In this document: positions 9,400-17,959 of the stretch, one piece after another
Position numbering within the stretch: position 1 is the first letter of the stretch
Layout: each line of letters begins with the position of its first letter
Assembly (NCBI GenBank): GCA_026986775.1
Contig: JALSNX010000030.1
Coordinates: 79,483 to 143,482, forward strand
DNA length: 64,000 nucleotides
Origin: a candidate division WOR-3 bacterium
GTDB taxonomy: Bacteria > Hydrothermota > Hydrothermia > UBA1063 > CAJXJZ01
Reading direction: 5' to 3'
Position numbers and translations under genes: made by a program
Notes under the pieces: model-generated
What the model saw: the letters and a program-made list of their open reading frames with translations, nothing else
What the model was told of the DNA's origin: nothing
Database searches by the model: none

Positions 9400-10884
9400 T
9401 CAGTGTGGCAACCATTTAATCCTGACCCAATCTACCTTTAAAGTTGAAGCAGATAGTTGATCAGCCCACTTCAAGAATGCAATCTTGACCTTTTTAATCC
9501 TCGCCGTGCTCGTTACAGATTTAGAAAAAACATCTCCAGTATTCACAAACAATGTATAGGTCTCCCCTGTTTTTCTTACACCAATAACACCACTGAAACT
9601 CTGAAAATCGTTACCTGTCCAGTCACTACTACCATCGGGGTAATCTATTTGAATATGTCCCTGCTGACTCGCACAACAACCACCACCAGAACTATCATAC
9701 CATTTAAACCGTATAATAGGGGTGCCGTTTTCATCAAGAAGGGATATATCAAGTATACCTTCTTCGTTGTTATCATTCGTGCCGGTGATAATATAGGCAC
9801 TTGCTTCAAAGTTATCTGTAAGAAGGTCTATGGTTGTGTCAAGGTCATGGATGATTTCTGGACCATGCCATCCAGAGCCTGGGCCATAACTCAGCGGATA
9901 TATGGTGCTGTTTGAATAACCTATGTGAGCATTAGTGGGAGTTCCAGGTCCGTAAGCCCAACCTGAGTCAAAAGGATTGCCGTTAAAGTGGTCAAAGATA
10001 ATCGGAGGTTGTTCCACAAACTTTGCTATAACTGACAGGTTGCTATTCATCGTAACTGTGCAATTTGGAGAAGACCCACTGCAGGCACCATCCCATCCAT
10101 TAAATAAATACCCTGCCTCTGGCGTTGCTGTTAACGTTACAGTCGTGCCTGATACATAATCCTCGGAACAGTCAAGCCCACAGGATATGCCCGGCGGGTC
10201 GCTTATAACAGTCCCTCTCCCTGTTTTTGAAACATTAAGGGTGTAGGTTGTTATCTGGGTATTTCTGAAGTTTGCTATAATGTGCTTATCAGTATTTGCC
10301 ACCACATAAGCAGTATCTCCATGAGTTTTGAATGTATCACCAGAAAATCCATCAAACATAACATTCTGGGATGTTGATTGTGCAATAATTTTAACTGTAT
10401 CACCTTCCTCATATTCACCTGCACAGTCAGAACCACAGGATATACCACCCGGGATACTGAAGACATACCCATCACTGGCACCACTGCCTGAACGCTGAAC
10501 AGTAATAGTATGAGTGTTTGAGTTACTATTGATAAAATACGCCACAATGTTGTAGTCCTGATTCATCGTAAGGGTAATCTCACTTTCACTTGACTGGATA
10601 TCTCCACCCCATGACACAAACCTTCCACCCCAACCTGCATAAGCGTTAAGGGTTACCTCTGCGCCCTTCTCAAAGTTAGCAGTATATGGGAGGTTAACAT
10701 CTGAGCCGTTTACCTTAACATATCCTTCACCTTCACCTGTTTTTTCTATATGAAGTGTATATTGGCTCTGGTTACCACCACCTCCATTATCACCCTCATC
10801 AGTATCAGTAGACTGTGTGCTACAGGAAAGGACAAGCAGCAGTATTGGTATTATGTGGTATAGTTTATTTTTTACACTTATCAT
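9400..10884 (-). CDS. lipoprotein with three InlB-B-repeat-like (GISCG...C) domains and an uncharacterized C-terminal domain
   Basis: I chose the ATG at 10884, which has an AGGAGG RBS (the track start at 10893 is a GTG). The signal peptide plus lipobox is LLLVLSCS. Repeated modules match the bacterial InlB B-repeat pattern: G.V.S.PPGISCG.DC...Y..GTTVTLTATP..GY.F.GW.G.CSG. Confidence 0.7.
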   Translation of the reverse strand: MISVKNKLYHIIPILLLVLSCSTQSTDTDEGDNGGGGNQSQYTLHIEKTGEGEGYVKVNGSDVNLPYTANFEKGAEVTLNAYAGWGGRFVSWGGDIQSSESEITLTMNQDYNIVAYFINSNSNTHTITVQRSGSGASDGYVFSIPGGISCGSDCAGEYEEGDTVKIIAQSTSQNVMFDGFSGDTFKTHGDTAYVVANTDKHIIANFRNTQITTYTLNVSKTGRGTVISDPPGISCGLDCSEDYVSGTTVTLTATPEAGYLFNGWDGACSGSSPNCTVTMNSNLSVIAKFVEQPPIIFDHFNGNPFDSGWAYGPGTPTNAHIGYSNSTIYPLSYGPGSGWHGPEIIHDLDTTIDLLTDNFEASAYIITGTNDNNEEGILDISLLDENGTPIIRFKWYDSSGGGCCASQQGHIQIDYPDGSSDWTGNDFQSFSGVIGVRKTGETYTLFVNTGDVFSKSVTSTARIKKVKIAFLKWADQLSASTLKVDWVRIKWLPH

Positions 10885-10901
10885 ACCATACACCTCCTTT
10901 T

Positions 10902-11744
10902 TTATTTATTCTTAACACTCTCAAGATACTCTACCACGTCTTCATGCTCCATATCTCTGGCATAATCAAGAGGAGTTTTACCATCATTATCCTTCACATT
11001 CACCTCTGCTCCATTGGAGATTAAATACTTAACTACTTCTATGTGACCATTCTGGGCTGCATAATGTAGTGGGGTCTTACCATCGCCGTCTTTCACATTT
11101 AAATCTTCCCCTGTTGAATCAAGTAAATACTTGACTATGTCCAGATGTCCTTTTTCAGCTGCGAGGTGAAGAGGGGTATAAGTCGAGTCCACTTCATCAT
11201 TGTAAAATTTACCTCCGCGCTCAATGAAGTATTTCGCAATTTCAAAATTGCCATAATATATTGCATAATAGAGAGGAGTGGCGTTGTCATAATATTCACT
11301 CGTGCCTATAGCGTTTATATCGGCGCCATGGTCAAGGAGAACTTTTGCCACATCAATTTTTCCATACTTGGCTGCTACATGTAGAGGTGTTTGCCCTTCA
11401 ATATTCTCACTACCTATATTTGCTCCATTAATGATTAAATACTCTGCTATTTTTGGAAAACCATATTCAGCAGCCATGTGAAGAGGCGTGTTTCCCTGAC
11501 TATCCTCTATGTTGACATCAGCTCCAGAATTTATCAAGTATTTTACAACGTCTAAATTACCACCCATGACCGCATAATGAAGTAGTGACCATTCCCTCAT
11601 CATTGAAGTGTCTCTGGTATTTACATCCACCCCACTTTCCACAAGCCTTCTTACTTCCTCTATATTACCTTCTTTTGCTGCACTGAATATGTCTCCACTT
11701 ACCTGTGTTACAAGCAATATGTATCCAAGTATGGCTCCTATCAT
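10902..11744 (-). CDS. ankyrin-repeat protein with N-terminal hydrophobic signal/anchor
   Basis: At least 7 ankyrin repeats (GNTPLHMAAEYGFPKIAEYLIINGANI, GKTPLHYAAQNGHIEVVKYLISNGAEVN and others). N-terminus MIGAILGYILLVTQVSG. AAGGAGG RBS 7 nt before the ATG. Confidence 0.85.
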   Translation of the reverse strand: MIGAILGYILLVTQVSGDIFSAAKEGNIEEVRRLVESGVDVNTRDTSMMREWSLLHYAVMGGNLDVVKYLINSGADVNIEDSQGNTPLHMAAEYGFPKIAEYLIINGANIGSENIEGQTPLHVAAKYGKIDVAKVLLDHGADINAIGTSEYYDNATPLYYAIYYGNFEIAKYFIERGGKFYNDEVDSTYTPLHLAAEKGHLDIVKYLLDSTGEDLNVKDGDGKTPLHYAAQNGHIEVVKYLISNGAEVNVKDNDGKTPLDYARDMEHEDVVEYLESVKNK

Positions 11745-11877
11745 ACTTTTACCTCCTTTTCATTTCTTCTATAACAATTATTCTGCCAGTTAATCCTTGA
11801 AAGAAAGTAATCTATTGCATTACATGGTATTAAGAGGTTTAAATCTGTAGAGCAACTTTATTTAAGTTAACACAATC

Positions 11878-11911
11878 TTTTCATTATGAAATTTCAAATT
11901 TCATTTTGAAA
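11878..11911 (-). promoter_or_regulatory. second copy of the tandem TTTCA-N3-TGAAA element, about 135 nt upstream of the second ankyrin gene
   Basis: tttcattatgaaatttcaaatttcattttgaaa. It shares TTTCAAAATGAAATTT...AAATTTCA with the 9271-9304 element when read on the minus strand. Confidence 0.4.
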
Positions 11912-11921
11912 GAGATGTCTC

Positions 11922-12476
11922 TTAAAAGAAATCCTGAGTTACATATATCTCACCATCTTCTGTAATAAACACGCCTATCCCTTCTTTTTCAAAATTGGCA
12001 TTCAGAATATTTTTCCTGTGGCCCTTGCTGTGCATCCATCCTTCTATGATTTCACTGGCAATGGCTTCAGTGGTTTTATATATGTATGTTCTTTTGTCCG
12101 AGGGGTATACATAATAATGGCTGAATGTGTAAGTTTTAAATATGTTTTCTCCCAGACCAATTAAAATATACCCGTTTTTACTTCTTTCTATTTTGTAGTG
12201 ATGTCTGAGAGCTCTCTCATCAGGACCTTCTCCTTTTTTGTTTATATGGGAAAAGTAATTGTTTCTGGCCATGTCTTCGCTGTGCTCTCGCGCAATTTTT
12301 GCAAGTTTTTTGTCCCACTTTAACGGTTTTAGCCCTCTTTTTTTTCTCTCCCTGTTTACGAGAAGGTGAATCTTTTTTTCAAGATATGTGCTTAAAGGGA
12401 TATTCTTTTTGGAAGATAGAGCAGATATGCACGATTCAAGTAGAATGAGTATTGCTATGAGATAAATCTTCTTCAC
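11922..12476 (-). CDS. secreted CAP/SCP (PR-1-like, YkwD-type) domain protein
   Basis: GTG start with a GGAGG RBS. Signal peptide. CAP-domain hallmarks: HSEDMARNNYFSH, GENI, IIEGWMHSKGHRKNILNANFEKEGIGV. Confidence 0.75.
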   Translation of the reverse strand: MKKIYLIAILILLESCISALSSKKNIPLSTYLEKKIHLLVNRERKKRGLKPLKWDKKLAKIAREHSEDMARNNYFSHINKKGEGPDERALRHHYKIERSKNGYILIGLGENIFKTYTFSHYYVYPSDKRTYIYKTTEAIASEIIEGWMHSKGHRKNILNANFEKEGIGVFITEDGEIYVTQDFF

Positions 12477-12547
12477 TATGAATTACCTCCTTTACCTGTT
12501 ATATATCAATTTTTCTGCCATATATATTTTCCTCTTCAATCTTCCTG

Positions 12548-12576
12548 TTGACAGAATATTCCTTATTATGTATATT
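12548..12576 (+). promoter_or_regulatory. sigma-70-like promoter candidate (TTGACA-17-TATATT) for the acidic protein / valS operon
   Basis: ttgacagaatattccttattatgtatatt. The -35 and -10 hexamers are separated by 17 nt. It lies about 35 nt upstream of the AAAGGAGG RBS of the 12609 ORF. Confidence 0.35.
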
Positions 12577-12608
12577 ATTGACCTGACATATATTAAAGGA
12601 GGCTTGTA

Positions 12609-12977
12609 ATGGGATTTACTTTTGAAGATATTATGGGAATATGGGCTCAGGTTACTGACTTCCCTGACGGATGGCAGGACCATATAGAAGAACTTCTTTT
12701 CAGAATCAATGAACTTAAGGACCAGGAAGAGTATTCCGGTTACAGAGAGAAGATTGATGAACTTCAAAATGAGGTCATTTCCTTAAAAAAGGATATTCTT
12801 GACACTGTTAATGATGCTCTGGAAGGGGCATTATCGCAGGACGATATTGAAAGCCTCTTCAGAGAATACGGTGATATGCTGTCTGAACTTGAACAGAAGG
12901 TCATAGAACTTGAACTTGAACCAGAAGAGGAGGATGAATCTTATTTCTGGGGCGATGAAGAAGAGGAGGAATTTTAA
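12609..12977 (+). CDS. small highly acidic hypothetical protein (coiled coil, poly-E C-terminus)
   Basis: AAAGGAGG RBS 7 nt before the ATG. Coding-like codon usage. It ends 5 nt before valS, and its C-terminus is EPEEEDESYFWGDEEEEEF. No domain recognised. Confidence 0.55.
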   Translation: MGFTFEDIMGIWAQVTDFPDGWQDHIEELLFRINELKDQEEYSGYREKIDELQNEVISLKKDILDTVNDALEGALSQDDIESLFREYGDMLSELEQKVIELELEPEEEDESYFWGDEEEEEF

Positions 12978-12982
12978 GGATT

Positions 12983-15610
12983 ATGGAACTTGAAAAAACC
13001 TATAATTTTAAAGAAGTAGAGGAGAGGATTTATAAGAAATGGGAGGAGGGTGGATATTTTAAAGCGAACCCGAAAAGCAATAAGAAGCCTTATACAATAA
13101 TGATGCCACCTCCCAATGTTACGGGGATTATTCACATGGGACATGTGCTGGATAACACTATACAGGATATTCTCACACGCACAAAGAGAATGCAGGGGTA
13201 TGAAGTCTTATGGCAACCCGGAATTGACCATGCTGGTATTGCTACTCAAAATGTGGTAGAAAAACAACTTGCAAAGGAAGGTAAAACGAGATTTGATGTT
13301 GGGAGGGAGGAGTTTGTAAAAAGAGTATGGGAGTGGAAGGAAAAATACGGGGGCATCATCTTAAAGCAATTGAGGAAATTGGGTGTTTCCTGTGACTGGT
13401 CAAGGACGAAGTTTACCCTTGACCCTGACATGTCAAGGGCCGTTCTTACTGCTTTTAAAATACTCTACGATGAGGGTCTTATTTATAAAGGTAAGAGGAT
13501 TATCAACTGGTGTCCAAGATGTGGTACAGCCCTTGCAGATGATGAAGTGGAATATGTGGAGGAAAAGAGCCACCTCTGGTATATAAAATATCCCCTTGTA
13601 GATAAAGATGGCTTCATTGTTGTGGCTACAACAAGACCTGAGACCTATCTGGGTGATACTGCAGTTGCCGTGAATCCCCATGACGAGCGGTATAAGCACC
13701 TTGTTGGTAAAAAGGTAAGACTTCCTCTCGTTGACTGGGACAGAGAAGGTGTGCCTCCTGAAATTCCTATAATTGCAGACGAGCATGTGGATATGGAATT
13801 CGGAACCGGGGCTGTGAAGGTAACACCTGCCCATGACCCCAATGACTTTGAAATCGGGGAGAGGCACAATCTTCCAAAGGTCGTTGTTATGGACGAAGAT
13901 GCCAGAATGAATGAAAATGCAGGGCCATATAAGGGCCTTGACAGATATGAAGCAAGGAAGAAAATAGTTCAAGACCTCAAGAATGCTGGTTTTCTTGAGA
14001 AGATTGAAGACCATACCCACTCGGTAGGAACATGTTACAGGTGTCATACAGTAATTGAGCCCTATCTTTCCTCCCAGTGGTTTGTGAAGATGAAGCCACT
14101 GGCTGAACCGGCTATAAAAGGGGTAGAGGAAGGGGATATTAAACTCATTCCTGATTATGCCAACAAGATTTACTTTCACTGGCTCCGCAACGTGAGGGAC
14201 TGGTGTATTTCAAGGCAGATATGGTGGGGACACAGGATACCTGTTTATACTTGTAAGGATTGCGGACATGTTGAGGTATCGGTTGATAAGGTGGAAAAAT
14301 GTCCCAAATGTGGCTCTACGAACATAAAACAGGATGAAGATGTCCTTGATACATGGTTCTCCTCATGGCTCTGGCCTCTTTCAACACTTGGATGGCCCAA
14401 AGAGACGGATTTCTTAAAGAAGTTTTATCCAACAGATGTACTCGTTACGGGATGGGATATTCTGTTTTTCTGGGTTGCCCGTATGATAATGGCAGGCTAT
14501 CACTTTAAGAAAAAAGAGCCGTTTAAAACCGTTTATCTTCACGGCATCGTAAGAGATGAAAAGAGGAGAAAATTCTCAAAGTCACTCGGTAATTCACCGG
14601 ACCCGCTTGAACTGATTGAAAAATATGGGGCTGATGGTGTTAGAATGGGTATGATGCTCATTACACCTGAGGGTCAGGATATTATCTTCTCATCTGACAG
14701 AATGGAGGTTGGAAGGAACTTTGCCAATAAAGTCTGGAATGCTGCAAGATATGTGCTTATGAATACGGAAAATGTGAATCTCAAAAGGTTTGTGGACATA
14801 AAGGATGAGCTGGAAATAGAGGATAAATGGATTCTCACAGAACTTTCTGATACGGTAAAGAGGGTTTCAGAGGGAATAGAGAACTTTGACTTTAACGGTG
14901 CTGCATGGACATTATATAACTTCTTCTGGAAAAAATACTGCGATTTTTATCTTGAAATTATAAAGGGAAGACGTGATAAGGATGTAGCCCTTACAGTGGC
15001 AGTATTTGTTCTTGATGTATTTTTGAGATTGCTTCATCCTTTTATGCCGTTCATTACTGAGGAACTTTATTCCTATCTTCCGTCAGAAAATAAGGAGGAG
15101 GCTATAATAATTGCTCCATGGCCTGATTTTTCAGAAAAATACGAGGAAGATGCACTTTTAATGAAGAAGATAATAAGGGTAATTGAATCTATGAGAGAAA
15201 TACGGGGTGAGTTTGGCCTAAATAAAAAAGAGATTGTTTTTCTTGAATACATAAATGATGAGATAACAAACGTTCTGGATAAAAAGCCTTACATGCGGAA
15301 ATTGGGTCTGTTTGAGATGATAAAAGACAGTGTGGAGGAAGGTCTTTTCAGTACAGTATTTTACCTTGATGGCAGGGAGTACAGAGTTTATCTTCCTCAG
15401 GTTGATATAGAAAAAGAAATTCGTAAAACAGAGAAGGAAATAGCGAGCCTGAAACTACTTATAAAGCGTCAGGAAGCGAAGTTGCAAAATGAGAACTTTT
15501 TGAAGAAGGCTCCATCCGAGGTGGTGGAAAAGGAAAAGAAAAAATACGAAGATTTTAAAAATAAACTTGATGGCCTTTTGAAACACCTTGAGAGGTTACA
15601 AAATGGATGA
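12983..15610 (+). CDS. valS: valyl-tRNA synthetase
   Basis: Class I aminoacyl-tRNA synthetase HIGH motif (PPNVTGIIHMGH) and KMSKS motif (KFSKSLGNS). Its 875-aa length and C-terminal coiled coil are typical of ValRS. Confidence 0.96.
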   Translation: MELEKTYNFKEVEERIYKKWEEGGYFKANPKSNKKPYTIMMPPPNVTGIIHMGHVLDNTIQDILTRTKRMQGYEVLWQPGIDHAGIATQNVVEKQLAKEGKTRFDVGREEFVKRVWEWKEKYGGIILKQLRKLGVSCDWSRTKFTLDPDMSRAVLTAFKILYDEGLIYKGKRIINWCPRCGTALADDEVEYVEEKSHLWYIKYPLVDKDGFIVVATTRPETYLGDTAVAVNPHDERYKHLVGKKVRLPLVDWDREGVPPEIPIIADEHVDMEFGTGAVKVTPAHDPNDFEIGERHNLPKVVVMDEDARMNENAGPYKGLDRYEARKKIVQDLKNAGFLEKIEDHTHSVGTCYRCHTVIEPYLSSQWFVKMKPLAEPAIKGVEEGDIKLIPDYANKIYFHWLRNVRDWCISRQIWWGHRIPVYTCKDCGHVEVSVDKVEKCPKCGSTNIKQDEDVLDTWFSSWLWPLSTLGWPKETDFLKKFYPTDVLVTGWDILFFWVARMIMAGYHFKKKEPFKTVYLHGIVRDEKRRKFSKSLGNSPDPLELIEKYGADGVRMGMMLITPEGQDIIFSSDRMEVGRNFANKVWNAARYVLMNTENVNLKRFVDIKDELEIEDKWILTELSDTVKRVSEGIENFDFNGAAWTLYNFFWKKYCDFYLEIIKGRRDKDVALTVAVFVLDVFLRLLHPFMPFITEELYSYLPSENKEEAIIIAPWPDFSEKYEEDALLMKKIIRVIESMREIRGEFGLNKKEIVFLEYINDEITNVLDKKPYMRKLGLFEMIKDSVEEGLFSTVFYLDGREYRVYLPQVDIEKEIRKTEKEIASLKLLIKRQEAKLQNENFLKKAPSEVVEKEKKKYEDFKNKLDGLLKHLERLQNG

Positions 15611-17045
15611 AATATTTAATCTTGGACTTACTGAAATACATGAAAAACTGAAAAAAAAGGAATTAAATGTAAAAGACCTTGCTCTATATGTTCTGGAAAA
15701 TATCAGACGAAAGGAAGAAGAGATTAATGCCTTTATAACAGTTAAGGATGACGATGAGATTATAAGTGAGGCAGAGAAGTTTGATGCACAATTTCCTGAT
15801 TATCTTAAGTCAGTAATTTCGGGTATTCCGGTGGCTATAAAGGACAATATTTCTGTAAAGGATATGCTTCTTACATGTGCATCAAGGATTTTGCTTGGAT
15901 ACAAGGCACCTTATGATGCAACAGCAATAAAAAGGTTAAAAGAGCAGAATGCACTTATAATCGGAAAAACCAATCTTGATGAATTTGCCATGGGAGCCAC
16001 TGGTGAATACTCTTATTTTGGAGCCACCAGAAATCCGCTTAATCTAAAACATGTCCCCGGTGGGTCTTCCAGTGGCTCTGCAGCATCAGTTAAGGCAGGT
16101 TTTGCCTTTTATGCCCTTGGTTCTGATACTGGAGGCTCTGTAAGGCTTCCTGCTTTTTATACCGGAACTGTGGGATTTAAGCCCACTTATGGCAGGATTT
16201 CACGCTATGGCCTTGTTGCCTTTGCTTCTTCTTTAGACCAGATAGGCATTATAAGTCGTTCTGTGGAGGATGCAGAACTTATTTTTGAACATATCTCAGG
16301 TTTTGATGAGAAAGATTCCACATCTTACCCGTTGGGGGCATACAGTTCTGAGGAGAGTAAAAATATAAACCCGAAGTCTTTAAAAATAGGTGTTCCTTTT
16401 GGCCTTATTGATAGAGTAAAAGAACAGGAAATAAAAGATAGTATACTGGATGTTGTGGAAAGGTTTAAAAATGATGGTTTTTCAGTTCAGGAAATTGAAC
16501 TTCCACATGCTGAATATGCAGTTTATGTGTATCAGGTTGTTGCCACTTCGGAAGCATCAAGCAATCTCTCAAGGTATGATGGTGTAAGATACGGCCTCAG
16601 ACTGGAAGGCGATGACCTCATGGAAACATATTTAAATACACGTGGAGAGGGTTTTGGAGATGAGGTGAAAAGAAGGATACTTCTTGGAACGTTTGCTTTA
16701 TCAAGTGGTTACTACGATGAGTACTATGCACATGCTCAGAAAGTAAGGAGACTCATAAAAAATGATCTTGATAAGATTTTTGAGGGGCTTGATGCAATTA
16801 TTCTTCCAACAGCACCCGAATTTCCTCCAGAACTGGGTGAAGGCATAAAAGACCCCATATCCCTGTATCTTCTTGATATGTTTACGACTCTTGCAAATCT
16901 GGCAGGAATACCGGCTATCTCTATTCCGTTAAAGCAAAGGTCAAAAAATGGATTTGCGCTGGGGTTTCAGATAATGACACAGGCATTTAGAGAAGATAAA
17001 TTATTTGCCCTTTCACAGTTTTTTGAAAAACAACTGGATGGCTGA
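15603..17045 (+). CDS. gatA: Glu-tRNA(Gln)/Asp-tRNA(Asn) amidotransferase subunit A
   Basis: Amidase signature GGSSSGSAASV...GSDTGGSVRLPA. Its length and N-terminus are typical of GatA. I chose the ATG at 15603 (RBS GAGAGG), which overlaps the valS stop. No gatC or gatB is adjacent. Confidence 0.92.
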   Translation: MDEIFNLGLTEIHEKLKKKELNVKDLALYVLENIRRKEEEINAFITVKDDDEIISEAEKFDAQFPDYLKSVISGIPVAIKDNISVKDMLLTCASRILLGYKAPYDATAIKRLKEQNALIIGKTNLDEFAMGATGEYSYFGATRNPLNLKHVPGGSSSGSAASVKAGFAFYALGSDTGGSVRLPAFYTGTVGFKPTYGRISRYGLVAFASSLDQIGIISRSVEDAELIFEHISGFDEKDSTSYPLGAYSSEESKNINPKSLKIGVPFGLIDRVKEQEIKDSILDVVERFKNDGFSVQEIELPHAEYAVYVYQVVATSEASSNLSRYDGVRYGLRLEGDDLMETYLNTRGEGFGDEVKRRILLGTFALSSGYYDEYYAHAQKVRRLIKNDLDKIFEGLDAIILPTAPEFPPELGEGIKDPISLYLLDMFTTLANLAGIPAISIPLKQRSKNGFALGFQIMTQAFREDKLFALSQFFEKQLDG

Positions 17046-17766
17046 TAAAGACAGGGTCCATGGCTCCATTGAGGTACTGAAAAAGGTTTATTCCCTTTAT
17101 AAGCAAAAAAAACTGACATTAGAGGAACTCTTTGACATTATAAAGAGAGATTATCCATCTTTTGCCGTGCTTTTTTCTTTATACGAGTTTTTACAGGAAG
17201 GCCATGGTGATATTTCTCTTTTCCTTGAGAGAATGGAAGAAAATAAATTAAGGGTTGAGAGGAAAACACTTGAATACATTGATGGTTTTTCCACTGTTTT
17301 TACCTATTCAAGGAGTTCTCAGGTCCGTGATGTGCTTATGAAAAAAAGAAAACTTGAGAGGGTGTTTATTACAGAAGGAAGGCCCCATAACGAGGGTGTT
17401 GTGCTTGCCAAAGAACTTGCAGAGAATGGCATTAGTGTCACTCTCGGCATTGATGCAGCTATGGGGGAATTTATTAGAAAGAGTGATTGTGTGCTTTTAG
17501 GGTCTGATGCTGTGTTTGATGAGTATTTTGTCAATAAAATAGGAACCTCTCTTGTTCTGCAAATTGCTGAAGTTTACAATAAACCCGTATTTATTATGGC
17601 CCTTCCTGAGAAAAGAGTTAAGAAAGAGTTTGAAAAGTATTATAAGATTCTTGATGAACCTCCCACTGAAGTTACAGAACTATCAGAGGAATATCACAAT
17701 ATATCAGTTTTTAACAGGTACTTTGAGAAGGTTTATCTTATAAGTAACAGAACTCTTATTATTTAA
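17038..17766 (+). CDS. short eIF-2B alpha/beta/delta-family (MtnA / ribose-1,5-bisphosphate-isomerase-like) protein
   Basis: ITEGRPHNEGVVLAKELAENGISVTLGIDAAMG...VLLGSDAV matches the IF-2B family core. It is much shorter than MtnA. The start is uncertain: the ATG at 17038 overlaps the gatA stop. Confidence 0.5.
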   Translation: MADKDRVHGSIEVLKKVYSLYKQKKLTLEELFDIIKRDYPSFAVLFSLYEFLQEGHGDISLFLERMEENKLRVERKTLEYIDGFSTVFTYSRSSQVRDVLMKKRKLERVFITEGRPHNEGVVLAKELAENGISVTLGIDAAMGEFIRKSDCVLLGSDAVFDEYFVNKIGTSLVLQIAEVYNKPVFIMALPEKRVKKEFEKYYKILDEPPTEVTELSEEYHNISVFNRYFEKVYLISNRTLII

Positions 17767-17866
17767 CTGTGACATGTCACAGTTGGTGTGACTTTCCCGT
17801 CACTGTGCTAAATTAAGGCAGCATATATAATTTACTATCATAAGTGTGACATCAAAGGTGTGACAT
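17767..17866 (+). promoter_or_regulatory. cluster of GTGACAT-type sites: perfect 16-bp palindrome CTGTGACATGTCACAG, inverted repeat TGTGA-N8-TCACT and two direct GTGTGACAT repeats (candidate UAS / operator)
   Basis: The palindrome lies at 17767-17782, directly after the stop of the previous gene. gTGTGActttcccgTCACt lies at 17786-17804. GTGTGACAT occurs at 17844-17852 and 17858-17866. The whole cluster sits about 50-150 nt upstream of a sigma-54 promoter. A similar cluster is present upstream of the 28252 gene. Confidence 0.5.
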
Positions 17867-17914
17867 TCTGACCTTTCTGAACCCTTTCTTTGGTAATATC
17901 ACCATAACTCAAAA

Positions 17915-17929
17915 TGGCACTTAAATTGC
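17915..17929 (+). promoter_or_regulatory. sigma-54 (RpoN) -24/-12 promoter, TGGCAC-N5-TTGC
   Basis: tggcacttaaattgc matches the TGGCACG-N4-TTGC consensus at every conserved position. The GC of the -12 element is 31 nt upstream of the ATG at 17960. Confidence 0.7.
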
Positions 17930-17959
17930 CAATAAATACCATGGAGAAAGGGGGGATTT

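Noticed and set aside
12492-12767. 91-aa minus-strand ORF
   Set aside because: It lies over the promoter, RBS and 5' end of the well-supported acidic-protein ORF upstream of valS. It has no RBS. Its composition is hydrophobic and low-complexity, typical of antisense artefacts.
13433-14179. 248-aa minus-strand ORF inside valS (and other antisense ORFs 13246-13431, 13645-13869)
   Set aside because: It lies entirely antisense to the highly conserved valS coding sequence. There is no independent evidence for it.
17767-17782. Palindrome CTGTGACATGTCACAG as an intrinsic terminator for the valS-gatA operon
   Set aside because: No T-tract follows it, and a zero-loop palindrome makes a poor hairpin. 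The same half-site recurs several times here and upstream of a second promoter, which favours a protein-binding site.
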